Part shown: positions 7,715-16,180 of the stretch, piece after piece
Layout of the letters: each line of letters begins with the position of its first letter
Position numbering within the stretch: the stretch's first letter is position 1
Source: Thermoguttaceae bacterium
GTDB lineage: Bacteria; Planctomycetota; Planctomycetia; Pirellulales; Thermoguttaceae
DNA: 64,000 nt
Direction of reading: 5' to 3'
NCBI GenBank assembly: GCA_017434455.1
Contig: JAFRFG010000012.1
Coordinates: 43,688-107,687, forward strand
Program-made: the position numbers and the translations under genes
The notes under the pieces: generated by a model
Told to the model about the DNA's origin: nothing
The model's database searches: none
The model's input: only the letters and a program-made list of their open reading frames with translations

Positions 7715-10700
7715 CTAAAAGGTCAGCTTCGGCAATTCCTCGATCAGGTCCATCGTCAGCAAACTGACCTTGGCGACCGACTCGACCAGCTCGACGATAT
7801 ATTGCGGACGGCGCTTGTCGTACAGGTTCGGGTCGTTGACGATCCCGCTTTGCTTATCGGTAGTGACCGCGTAGCGCTCCATCACCCACTCCAGGGCCGA
7901 CTTTCCGTTGACGATGTACCGGTACGCCCTTTCCGGTATCCCCGGGATGGAGATCTTTTCGTTGCAGAGGATGCGGGAGCGATCGACTTGGTTCCCCTTT
8001 TTGGCGAAGCGCATCTTCTCGATCCGATAGTACGCCGAGAACTTCCCCCCGTAGTCGGACAGATAGGCGGTGATCGGGTACTCGCGCAGCCGGCGGCGCG
8101 GCCCCCTCCACCGATCGATAGTGGCGATCGCCGATTTGAGTTTCTCGGGGGTGTCGTAGTTTAAGTGCAGCTGGGCCAGCTGCCGGCCGATGTCGGAGAA
8201 CTTGACGAAGTCGTCGTATTCCTTGACCAGCGGGATCCGGGCCAGCGACACGCGCAGGTCGTCGGCGTAATCCTCCCGGTACCGCGGGGCGTGGAAAAGG
8301 CCGTAGATGTAGTAGAAGATATCTTTCTTGGTGATCGTCGAGGATCCGTACTTCTTGTGTGTCTCGTCGAGAAACGCGTCGGTGATGCCGTCCTCACGGG
8401 TGTATTTCTCCGCGCTGTTGTCGAGCAGGCTGTTCTCGTCGTTGGGGCGGTAGATGTACAAGGGGAAGCACTGTGCCGTACCAACAACGTGGAGATCAGG
8501 GATAACATTAGTGATGATGCAGGAAAAGTCCTTTGTTCCGCCCGGTCCTTCTGTACAGATCACGAGGTTTTCCGCGCTCCTATCGGGAAAGAGTGCCGGT
8601 ATTTGATAAACGCAATTGTTTAACTGCCGATGAAAATATAAGTATTGTTTCGTAAAGGGGCGGTAAAGACTCTCCACAACAGCGTTGTTGTCAAAGGTGT
8701 ATAAAGTCCCCTTTGCTATGTCTTTTTTCTGCGCTCTATCCCAAGTGATCTTTGTGGAATCAAATTGGATGAAATCCTCCGGGGATTCAGTATGCCCATT
8801 TTTACGTTCACGCTGAAAGGCGCGAACCTGTTCATTATAAAAATCGATGGTCGTATTGATATTAGATCGCAGCTCTTGCTCACTAAAGTTATATGCCCAC
8901 GCGTCGCGGCTTGTCTTAATACCACTCGAATAATATGGTTTAAAGACTGTCAATCCGCCTTCTGAATCCCTTTTATCCCCAAGCGGATAGAACGACTTAA
9001 ACAGTTCCCCCCGCTGTTTCACCCAGTCGTGATGCTCGTTCGGCGTGATCTCCTCCCACGGGGTATTCTCCGCCGAGCCGAAGGATCGAACAATTTCGAG
9101 TTTCTTCTCGCGGGTGAGGTAATCGCCGATGTCGTGATAAAAGATCCTCGCTTTTTCGCCCGGCTTCTTGTTCTTCTTGACCAACAGCGCGACGGCGATT
9201 GGGGCGCGGGAGCCGGAACCGAAGATTTTTCCCCCCTCTTTGCGCGACCGCTCCCCCGAGGTGCGCTGATTACCTCTTAAGTCAAAGACATAGACCTCCG
9301 AGAACTCCTCTTCCAGGCACTGCCTAAAGCCGTCCATCGCGCTGCCGTCGAGCCAACCGCCGTTGGTGACGAAGGCGACGACCCCCCGGTCGTTGATTCG
9401 GTCCGACGCCCAGCGAAACGCCTTGATGTAGGAATCGTAGAGACTGTTTCGCAATGTCGCGGTCGACTTCGCCACATAGGTTTCTTCAATACGCCGGTCG
9501 AGTTTGGGGTATTTCAAATTCCGGTTGTTATCGTTCGCGCTGCGCTGTCCGACCGAGTACGGCGGATTGCCGATGATCACCTCGATCGTCTGCCGCCGCT
9601 GGCGGCGGATCCGCTCGTCGTTGCGTTTGTCGTCGTCATCGGCGGTAAGCGACGCCGAAGGGGACAGCGGGGTCTCCTCCATCTGGAACGTGTCGGTCAA
9701 AAGCAGCCCCGGGAACGGCTCGTACCCGTGGCCGGGAAGGAAACCGCGCATCGTCTCCTCGATATTGATCGCGGCGATGTAGTACGCCAAAAGGACAATC
9801 TCGTTGGCGTGCAGTTCCTCGCGGCATTTGCGCAGAAGGTCCGCTTTGTCGATCAGCCCGGATTGCAGCAGCCGGACGATAAAGGTCCCCGTCCCGGTGA
9901 ACGGGTCGAGGACGTGGACCGTCTTGTTGGAGAGCCGGCGGTTGAAATGTTTCCTCAGCAGGGCGTCGGCGGAGCGGACGATGTAGTCGACCACCTCGAT
10001 CGGCGTGTAGACGATCCCCAATCGCTCGGCCGCCGCGCGGGCCGCCGCCTTGAAGAAGTTCTCGTACAGGTCGTGCACCGCCTTCTGCCGCCCCTCGGCC
10101 GACTGGACCCCCGCGACCCGGAAGGTGACCTGCAGCTTGAAGTTGGCCAGCTGCTCTTTTTGCTGTTCGGTGTCCTGGGGCTGGAACAGGCCGATCACCT
10201 TGGCGATCGCCCGCGACATGACGTTTTGACGGACGAACTCGTTGTTCGGGAACAGGGCGCTGAAGACCGGCTCCATCACCATGTGCTGAACGAGCATCTC
10301 GATCGCCTGGTCCTCACCGATCGACGGGTTGATGTCGGCGCGCATCTGGGCGACAAACTGGTCGAACGCCGCGCGCTGCTCGGCCGTTGGGTCAGAGAGC
10401 TTCTCTTTGATCTGCTCGATGCGGCTCTTGGCGATCTCGGCCACTTCCCGCGCCCAGTTCTCGAAATACGCCCGGTCGCCGCACTTGGCGACGACGCGCG
10501 CTAAGATCTTCTTTCCCGACTCGGGGTCAAAATCGAACCGCGGGGTATACTCCTTCCCCTTTTTCCCCTTCTCGACCGTCTCGGTTCCGTTGCGTTCGCG
10601 GTCGGTCCCCCCATAGGCGACCCCCCCGACCAAAAAAGGATTGACCGACGGCGGGACGCAGTCTTTGAAGTTCAGCTGGTTGATCCAAACGTTGAACCGC

Positions 10701-12778
10701 TCATCGTGGGAGCGAAGGGCGTTGAGCACCTGCCAGACCACCTTAAACCGCTTGTCGTCGTCGAGCACCTCCTCCGGCTTTTTGTCGGCCGGGATCACGA
10801 CCGGGAGGATCACGTAGCCGTACTTTTTGTTCGGCGCGGTGCGCATGACCCGGCCGACCGCCTGAACCACCTCGACCTGCGACTTGCGCGGCGACAGGAA
10901 GATCACCGCGTCGAGCGACGGGACGTCGACCCCCTCGCCCAGACAGCGGACGTTCGACAAAACGCGGCATCGGTCCGCTTCGGTACCTGCCTCGAGCCAG
11001 TCCAGGGCGTCTTTGCGGAGGTTCGCCCCCATCGTGCCGTCGACGTGCTTGACCTCCACGAGGAGCCGGTTCTTCGGCTTTTCGATTTGCGACGCCTTTT
11101 CGGTCAGTTCGGTGAACGCCGGGGCGAGCATTTTCGAGACCTTGATCGTTTTGGCGAACATCACCGCGCGGCGCATCGGCTCCGGGTCGAACGAGAAGTC
11201 CTCTGAAAGGGTTCCGTCCGGCAGGGCGTAGCGGCTCTTCTTGCGCAGGCCGTTCCAGCAGCCGACCAGCTTCGTGATCTCGTCGGTCGAAAGATCGGCC
11301 GCGCCGGCCCCGCCCCCCGCCTGATCGGCGATCGTTCGGGCGTACTTCTCGCTGACGGTTAAGACAATCACCTTGTAATCGGCGAGGATCCCCATCTTTA
11401 CGGCGTCGCCGAAACTGAGGCGGTGAAACTCCGGCCCGTAGGTGGCGATATCGTCCATCGAGCAGAGGACCGCGTCGTTCTCCTTGGCCTTGGACTTGGC
11501 CGATTCCCCGTAAAAGCGGGGGGTGGCGGTCATGTACAGGCGCTTTTTGCCCCGGATCGTCTCGTTGTCGTGAACCTTGGTGAACGCCGACTCGTCCTCC
11601 TCGGCGAGCGTTACCCCGGTGGTGCGGTGCGCCTCGTCGCAGACGATCAGGTCGAATTCCGGCAGACCGTGCTTGGCCTGTGCCTTGGCAATGACGTCGA
11701 TACTCTGGTAGGTCGAAAAGACAACCTTCAGCCGCCCTCCGGCTTCCGGGATCGAGGATATCTCTTGGTGGTACTCGGCCAGGCGGGCCGGATTGGTCGT
11801 CGCCGGGCGCGCCAGTTCCAGCGAGGTCCCCTCGGCGATATCGTCGCTGAGCGCCTTCCTGCGCCGCGCGTCCTGACGGTGGACCTCGGCGTCGGAACAG
11901 ACGATCATCGGCGAGATCGGAATCTCCGAATCGGCCGTCCAGACCGAGAGGGTCTGCGCCATGAGCGAAAGCGACGGGACCAGGTAGAGGACACAGCCCC
12001 CCGCCCCGGCGAGGCGCTCGGCCATCTTCAGCGAGGTAAAGGTCTTGCCGGTGCCGCAGGCCATAATCAGGCGGCCGCGGTCGGAGGTTTCAAATCCCCT
12101 GACCACCTCGTCGATCGCCTTTTTCTGGTACTCGCGCAGCTTCTTTTTCTCCGCCAGGACGCCGGCGGAAATGCGCGGGGCGTTTTTGCCGATGATCTCC
12201 TCGCAGAACCCGTTCCAGAACTTGTCCCAGTCGATCCGGCTTAAATCGAACTCGTTGCGGTCGAGCACCCCGCAGCCGACCGCCTGCTCTTTGAGCTCCT
12301 CCAGCGCGTTGGCCGTCAGGTCGGAGGTCACCACCAGCAGACGATAGACGTACTGGCGCTTTTGCCCCTGATCGTCCAAAAAAGTCTTCGACGAGGCGGC
12401 CAGGAACGAATCGACGTCACCCTTGCCGACCGGCTTGTCCTCCTGAAAGAACTTGCACTGGATCGCCCAATATTCCCCGGTTTCGGTTCGGGCGACTAAG
12501 TCGATTCCCGTGTCGGTCTGCTTGTTTCGATAGGGGAATTCCGACCACAGCCAGATTTCGGCCAGGTCGCCGTACTTGGGGTTGTGCCGCAGATACTCGC
12601 GGGTGAACTTCTCGAACAGATACCCCTGCTCCCGCTTCGACGAGGACATCTCGCGGAACTTGGCCAGAATATCGGAAATCGTGATGGTATGAGTCGTTTT
12701 ATTCGCGTCCATTCGAATCTTGCCGGCCGCGCCGGCGGGCTGTGGGGGGTGGCTGGGTTTGCTCAGACTTTGTTTCAT
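7715..12778 (-). CDS. Type ISP-like restriction-modification enzyme (Mrr-like nuclease + SF2 helicase-like ATPase + N6-adenine methyltransferase + C-terminal specificity domain)
   Basis: Nuclease region TGIDLVARTETGEYWAIQCKFF. ATPase motifs MACGTGKTFTS, LIVCDEAHRTTG, MTATP, QAVGRVMR. Methyltransferase motifs VLDPFTGTGTFIV and IIGNPPYSVGQ. This is the LlaGI/LlaBIII-type domain order. The start is uncertain: ATG at 12778 (MKQSLSK) or at 12712 (MDANKTTH). The track start at 13114 runs through the upstream repeat and is rejected. Confidence 0.88.
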   Translation of the reverse strand: MKQSLSKPSHPPQPAGAAGKIRMDANKTTHTITISDILAKFREMSSSKREQGYLFEKFTREYLRHNPKYGDLAEIWLWSEFPYRNKQTDTGIDLVARTETGEYWAIQCKFFQEDKPVGKGDVDSFLAASSKTFLDDQGQKRQYVYRLLVVTSDLTANALEELKEQAVGCGVLDRNEFDLSRIDWDKFWNGFCEEIIGKNAPRISAGVLAEKKKLREYQKKAIDEVVRGFETSDRGRLIMACGTGKTFTSLKMAERLAGAGGCVLYLVPSLSLMAQTLSVWTADSEIPISPMIVCSDAEVHRQDARRRKALSDDIAEGTSLELARPATTNPARLAEYHQEISSIPEAGGRLKVVFSTYQSIDVIAKAQAKHGLPEFDLIVCDEAHRTTGVTLAEEDESAFTKVHDNETIRGKKRLYMTATPRFYGESAKSKAKENDAVLCSMDDIATYGPEFHRLSFGDAVKMGILADYKVIVLTVSEKYARTIADQAGGGAGAADLSTDEITKLVGCWNGLRKKSRYALPDGTLSEDFSFDPEPMRRAVMFAKTIKVSKMLAPAFTELTEKASQIEKPKNRLLVEVKHVDGTMGANLRKDALDWLEAGTEADRCRVLSNVRCLGEGVDVPSLDAVIFLSPRKSQVEVVQAVGRVMRTAPNKKYGYVILPVVIPADKKPEEVLDDDKRFKVVWQVLNALRSHDERFNVWINQLNFKDCVPPSVNPFLVGGVAYGGTDRERNGTETVEKGKKGKEYTPRFDFDPESGKKILARVVAKCGDRAYFENWAREVAEIAKSRIEQIKEKLSDPTAEQRAAFDQFVAQMRADINPSIGEDQAIEMLVQHMVMEPVFSALFPNNEFVRQNVMSRAIAKVIGLFQPQDTEQQKEQLANFKLQVTFRVAGVQSAEGRQKAVHDLYENFFKAAARAAAERLGIVYTPIEVVDYIVRSADALLRKHFNRRLSNKTVHVLDPFTGTGTFIVRLLQSGLIDKADLLRKCREELHANEIVLLAYYIAAINIEETMRGFLPGHGYEPFPGLLLTDTFQMEETPLSPSASLTADDDDKRNDERIRRQRRQTIEVIIGNPPYSVGQRSANDNNRNLKYPKLDRRIEETYVAKSTATLRNSLYDSYIKAFRWASDRINDRGVVAFVTNGGWLDGSAMDGFRQCLEEEFSEVYVFDLRGNQRTSGERSRKEGGKIFGSGSRAPIAVALLVKKNKKPGEKARIFYHDIGDYLTREKKLEIVRSFGSAENTPWEEITPNEHHDWVKQRGELFKSFYPLGDKRDSEGGLTVFKPYYSSGIKTSRDAWAYNFSEQELRSNINTTIDFYNEQVRAFQRERKNGHTESPEDFIQFDSTKITWDRAQKKDIAKGTLYTFDNNAVVESLYRPFTKQYLYFHRQLNNCVYQIPALFPDRSAENLVICTEGPGGTKDFSCIITNVIPDLHVVGTAQCFPLYIYRPNDENSLLDNSAEKYTREDGITDAFLDETHKKYGSSTITKKDIFYYIYGLFHAPRYREDYADDLRVSLARIPLVKEYDDFVKFSDIGRQLAQLHLNYDTPEKLKSAIATIDRWRGPRRRLREYPITAYLSDYGGKFSAYYRIEKMRFAKKGNQVDRSRILCNEKISIPGIPERAYRYIVNGKSALEWVMERYAVTTDKQSGIVNDPNLYDKRRPQYIVELVESVAKVSLLTMDLIEELPKLTF

Positions 12779-12804
12779 TATACCTAAATGAGAAGTTAAA
12801 TCAA
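12777..12804 (-). promoter_or_regulatory. sigma70-like promoter candidate for the Type ISP gene
   Basis: On the minus strand, TTGATT-N16-TATAAT sits in a short AT-rich island. The -10 box overlaps the ATG at 12778. If this promoter is used, the ATG at 12712 would be the real start. Confidence 0.35.
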
Positions 12805-12820
12805 ATCCGGGGTGGGGGGG

Positions 12821-13253
12821 GCGGTAGGGGGGGCGATGCCAACTAACCGCGGGAGAGGCGCGGCGGGTTTTTGGCGTGATGGCGACTGTCGGTTTTCGGC
12901 CGCTGCTCCCGCTCCGTTCAGCCGCCCCCGTGGGGCCTGTCGGCTTGCTGCCGTTTGTTGGCGTATGACCGGGGTTGTTGGCGTGACTTTTTTCGGGGGG
13001 CGGCTGTGGTGGTTTTTTGTTGTTGTGTTTTGTTGTTGTTTCTTTTTTCTTTTGCCTCCGGCGGCGCTTCGCAGTGCGCTTGACCACTGTTGCCGTTGAT
13101 GATGTTTGCGGCATAGGAGAATCACCGCGGCGCTTTCGCTCACGTTGTTCGCTTGTATGTTATGAGGAACAACGTGACGAACGGCTGCGGTTTTTTTACT
13201 GAGGGCATAGTGCCCGCCGGGGCTCCCGGCCGCAACGTGCCGAACGGCTGCGG
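12821..13253. repeat. intergenic repeat copy A (core 12821-13190, plus a ~64-nt local re-duplication at 13191-13253)
   Basis: Aligns by eye with 15771-16180 and 18715-19083. It lies between paralog 1 (stop at 13254) and the Type ISP gene. Confidence 0.85.
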
Positions 13254-15749
13254 TTATTCTGCCGTGGGCATAGTGGCCGCCGGGCCTCCCGGCTGCCTGC
13301 CGCCGCTGATGGCCCAATATTTTCTGTCTAGTTCGTAGGGGTCAACCGGCGTTTTGGGATCGTGATCCGGGGGAAGAACCCCGTAGCGCTTCATCTCCCG
13401 AACGTAGGCCGGACTGGGAACGAACGGCCGCATCGTAAAACGATTGCTCTCATGCAGAATATAATCCCGCCCCCGCTGTATCCCCGCCAGGATCACCTGA
13501 TAATCGGGATCGTCACTCGACGCGAATACAGGAGCTTCCGTACCGTCCTCACGGCGTTCAACACACCGCCCAAACCCGCCGGCCTCCTCGGCCAGCGGCA
13601 TACGGAGGATCTTCGATTTCTCCGGCCGCGAAAGATTGTAGTAGTCGTTTCGCTTATCCTCCGCATTCTTCTTATCATCCGAAAGCATGTGAGGGAGACA
13701 CACCCTGGGGTCGTCGGGCGTATGACACCCGTCACACCGCCGCTCGATCGCTTCGGCCATCGCAACCGTCTCGGGCCACTCCTCGTCGTTGTGCTTGATA
13801 ATATTCATATAATACCACCCGATCAGCCCCGTTCCGTTGGCCGCGTAAGTCCCGGCGTACGGCGCGCCGGTCTCCAGCCAGAATCGAACCAAACGAAGCT
13901 CCTCGTCGGTCATTGTGACCCCCTGATGATGATCTAAAAGCATCTGATAGAGCGTGCTGGCCTGACTGCCGATCGCGTAAGGAGGAAAGTCACTCAGCGC
14001 GCGGTTGCGATTATCACCAAACATCTGACGGCAGGAGATTTCAAAGTAACTCCGGCAGTAGAGCGGCATCCAGTCGCCAGTCAAATCCAACCCGCCGTCA
14101 GACCGATCGGCGTTGTGGCACTCGACGCAGTACTTGTCGAAAAGCGGCTGTATGTCCCGCGGAAAATCGTAGACGTCGGGGATGCCCGCCAAGGGCTCGG
14201 GCCAGCGCGGCTCGGCCGCCGCGGTGAAGACGTTGTGATGGTAACCGGTCCCCGGCGCCTCGGTGCGCCGCTCGTGACAGCCGATGCACGAGGTGACCTC
14301 GCCCGGCATGACCGAGGTGAAACTGTGCATTCGCTTGACCGAACGCCCCTCGTGGTCGAGCGCGATGAAAAAGAAACTCCGACCGGCTGGAAGCCGAATC
14401 GCCGCCGCCCCCTCGGGCGAAACGGGAACTGTCCCCCAAATCCGCTCCAGCGTAAAGGTGCCGGAAAAAGAGATCTGATCCATGCCGCCGCTGTAGTGAA
14501 TCGGCTCGGGAAGCGTCTCCAAGACTAAAAGCTCCTTGACGGTTCCGCGCGGAACCTCCGCCATCTGACGCCCGGCGTAAATGTCCGAAAGAATCAAAAC
14601 GCCGGTGTCGTCCCCCTCGGGGGGAACTAAATCGACCAGCTCGGGCGGGGCCTCCCGCGCGATGATCGGCCGCGGCTCGTTGATCCAGTATTCTCCTTCC
14701 GACTCGGGAAGACGGTAGATCTCCTCCTCGATCCCGTCGGCGCGCAGCAGGACCAGCGTGTTGTAACTGGCCGCCATGAACTCGGTCGCGGAAAACGGCC
14801 AGGGGTCGCTGTGCGTGTCCTCACTGGAAATATATTCCGCCGCCGAAAAGTCGTCGGGACCCAGCCGCGGGTTAATGATGGCGACTCGGCCGTAATGCTC
14901 CCGAATGCCGTGGCCGGGCGAGATCGTCGCGGCGATCAATGGGCTGTTCGGAATCGGCTTGGCGCCGATAAACAGCATGCCGGGGAATTGATTCCCGAAC
15001 AGAACCATCTGACGCGTGCCGTCGGGGTTCATCGTCCATAGATGATGGTACGAAATCTGATTGCGGTCGACGTATTCCCAGCGGGTGTAGATCACCCGCC
15101 CGTCGGGCAGAAGCCAAGGGGTGTTGTCCTGCTCGATGTTCGCCGAAAGAGGACGAATGTTTTCACCGTTGGGCCCGCAGCGGTGGATCGTCGCGACCTG
15201 CGTGAGCCAGCATTGAACGAATCGGTCGCAGCGGGTGGAGCAGAACAGAATGTCCCCGCCGGGGAGAATGCACGGCTCAATGTCGTCGTAATCGCCGGAG
15301 GTGATCTGACGCAGACCGCTGCCGTCGGTCTTGATTTCGTAAAGGTTGTAATGCTCGGTCCCCTCCTTGAGGTAGGAGAAAAGAATCGTCTCCCCGTCGC
15401 TGTGGAGAATCGGATCGCGCACCGAGCCGTGCTTGTCCTCGAAAATGATCCGCGCCCGGCCGCTGTCCAGATCGAGTATCCTCAATGAACCCCCGCCGTG
15501 CGGGGTGAAAGGATGCTCGTTCTCGTCGCCGGCGTAGTGGCCGAAGTTGGCGTACCAGTGATCGTCACTCCCGGGCCGCCGAACGGCGAAGAGGATCTCG
15601 TGAATCCCGCGCATGCCCCTTTTGCGGAAGGAGGTTAGGAGATCCGGCTGGGCCTCGGGGTCTTGTGCGGGGGCACCGCTTGGGCATAGGGGGAGCGCGC
15701 AGAGGATCGCTAGGGTGAGGATGGCTAGCTTGGTTGCTGTGGGGCGCAT
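13254..15749 (-). CDS. secreted TolB-like beta-propeller / c-type cytochrome protein (hydrazine-synthase-alpha-middle-domain-like), paralog 1
   Basis: 831 aa. Signal peptide MRPTATKLAILTLAILCALPLCPSGAPAQ. PD40-like repeats are present (DGETILFSY..YEIKTDGSGLRQIT). Three CxxCH motifs: CIGCH, CVECHNADRSDGGLDL (Planctomycete cytochrome c type) and CDGCH. Confidence 0.85.
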   Translation of the reverse strand: MRPTATKLAILTLAILCALPLCPSGAPAQDPEAQPDLLTSFRKRGMRGIHEILFAVRRPGSDDHWYANFGHYAGDENEHPFTPHGGGSLRILDLDSGRARIIFEDKHGSVRDPILHSDGETILFSYLKEGTEHYNLYEIKTDGSGLRQITSGDYDDIEPCILPGGDILFCSTRCDRFVQCWLTQVATIHRCGPNGENIRPLSANIEQDNTPWLLPDGRVIYTRWEYVDRNQISYHHLWTMNPDGTRQMVLFGNQFPGMLFIGAKPIPNSPLIAATISPGHGIREHYGRVAIINPRLGPDDFSAAEYISSEDTHSDPWPFSATEFMAASYNTLVLLRADGIEEEIYRLPESEGEYWINEPRPIIAREAPPELVDLVPPEGDDTGVLILSDIYAGRQMAEVPRGTVKELLVLETLPEPIHYSGGMDQISFSGTFTLERIWGTVPVSPEGAAAIRLPAGRSFFFIALDHEGRSVKRMHSFTSVMPGEVTSCIGCHERRTEAPGTGYHHNVFTAAAEPRWPEPLAGIPDVYDFPRDIQPLFDKYCVECHNADRSDGGLDLTGDWMPLYCRSYFEISCRQMFGDNRNRALSDFPPYAIGSQASTLYQMLLDHHQGVTMTDEELRLVRFWLETGAPYAGTYAANGTGLIGWYYMNIIKHNDEEWPETVAMAEAIERRCDGCHTPDDPRVCLPHMLSDDKKNAEDKRNDYYNLSRPEKSKILRMPLAEEAGGFGRCVERREDGTEAPVFASSDDPDYQVILAGIQRGRDYILHESNRFTMRPFVPSPAYVREMKRYGVLPPDHDPKTPVDPYELDRKYWAISGGRQPGGPAATMPTAE

Positions 15750-15770
15750 TGTTGTTTGCAGGGAAAGCCC

Positions 15771-16180
15771 GGTAGGGGGATTGGTGCCAACTAACCGCGG
15801 GAGGGCGCGGAGGGCGGTAGGGTGATCGATGCCAACTAACCGCGGGAGAGGCGCGGCCAGACTAATCGCGTGATAGTGACTTTTGGTTTTCGGCCGCTGC
15901 TCCCGCTCCGTTCAGCCGCCCCCGTGGGGCCTGTCGGCTTGCTGCCCTTTGTTGGCGTATGACCGGGGTTGTTGGCGTGACTTTTGCGGGTAGCGGCTGT
16001 GGGTTTACTTGTTATGTTGTGTTTTATTGTTTTTTTGCCTCCGGCGGCAAGCGCAGTGCGCTTGACCACTGTTGCCGTTGGTGGAGTGTACGGCATAGGA
16101 GAATCACCGCGGCGATGTCGCTCACGTTGTTCGCTTGGATGTCTGAGGAACAACGTGACGAACGGCTGCCTTGTTATTGT
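15771..16180. repeat. intergenic repeat copy B (its distal ~45-nt unit ggtaggg..ccaactaaccgcggga is present twice)
   Basis: Aligns with copies A and C. Its right end abuts the TAA stop of paralog 2 (16181), and its left end lies ~22 nt from the ATG of paralog 1. Confidence 0.85.

Noticed and set aside
12812-13099. Plus-strand small hydrophobic ORFs in the repeats (MTGVVGVTF..FFVVVFCCCFFF..).
   Set aside because: The hydrophobic stretch is simply the translation of the variable T/G-rich tract. The ORF is interrupted by a stop in copy C and differs in length and frame among copies.
12779-13114. A 112-codon N-terminal extension of the Type ISP ORF (track start 13114, MPQTSSTATVVKRTAKRRRRQKKK..).
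   Set aside because: The extension is just the read-through of repeat copy A. It is Lys/Pro/Thr-rich and low-complexity with A-rich codons atypical of this genome. Recognisable protein sequence begins only after 12778 or 12712, which has its own AT-rich promoter-like box.
15781-15800. TGGCAC in the conserved ggttagttggcac block of the repeat (minus strand) as a sigma54 -24 element.
   Set aside because: The expected -12 TTGC element is absent (CCCC/ACCC instead), and the GG-N10-GC spacing is not met in any copy.
15836-16153. An ORF family running through all three repeat copies on the minus strand. It has a shared peptide ..TATVVKRTA..GSKPTGPTGAAERSGSSGRKP.., and the frame is preserved across the indel-rich central tract in all three copies (also 12796-13317 and 18701-18976).
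   Set aside because: The start codon is not conserved (ATG in A and B, changed to ACA in C). No Shine-Dalgarno sequence is present. Composition is low-complexity and codons are A-ending. Frame preservation in three copies has roughly a 1-in-9 chance expectation. It is kept only as a remote possibility, testable by ribosome profiling.
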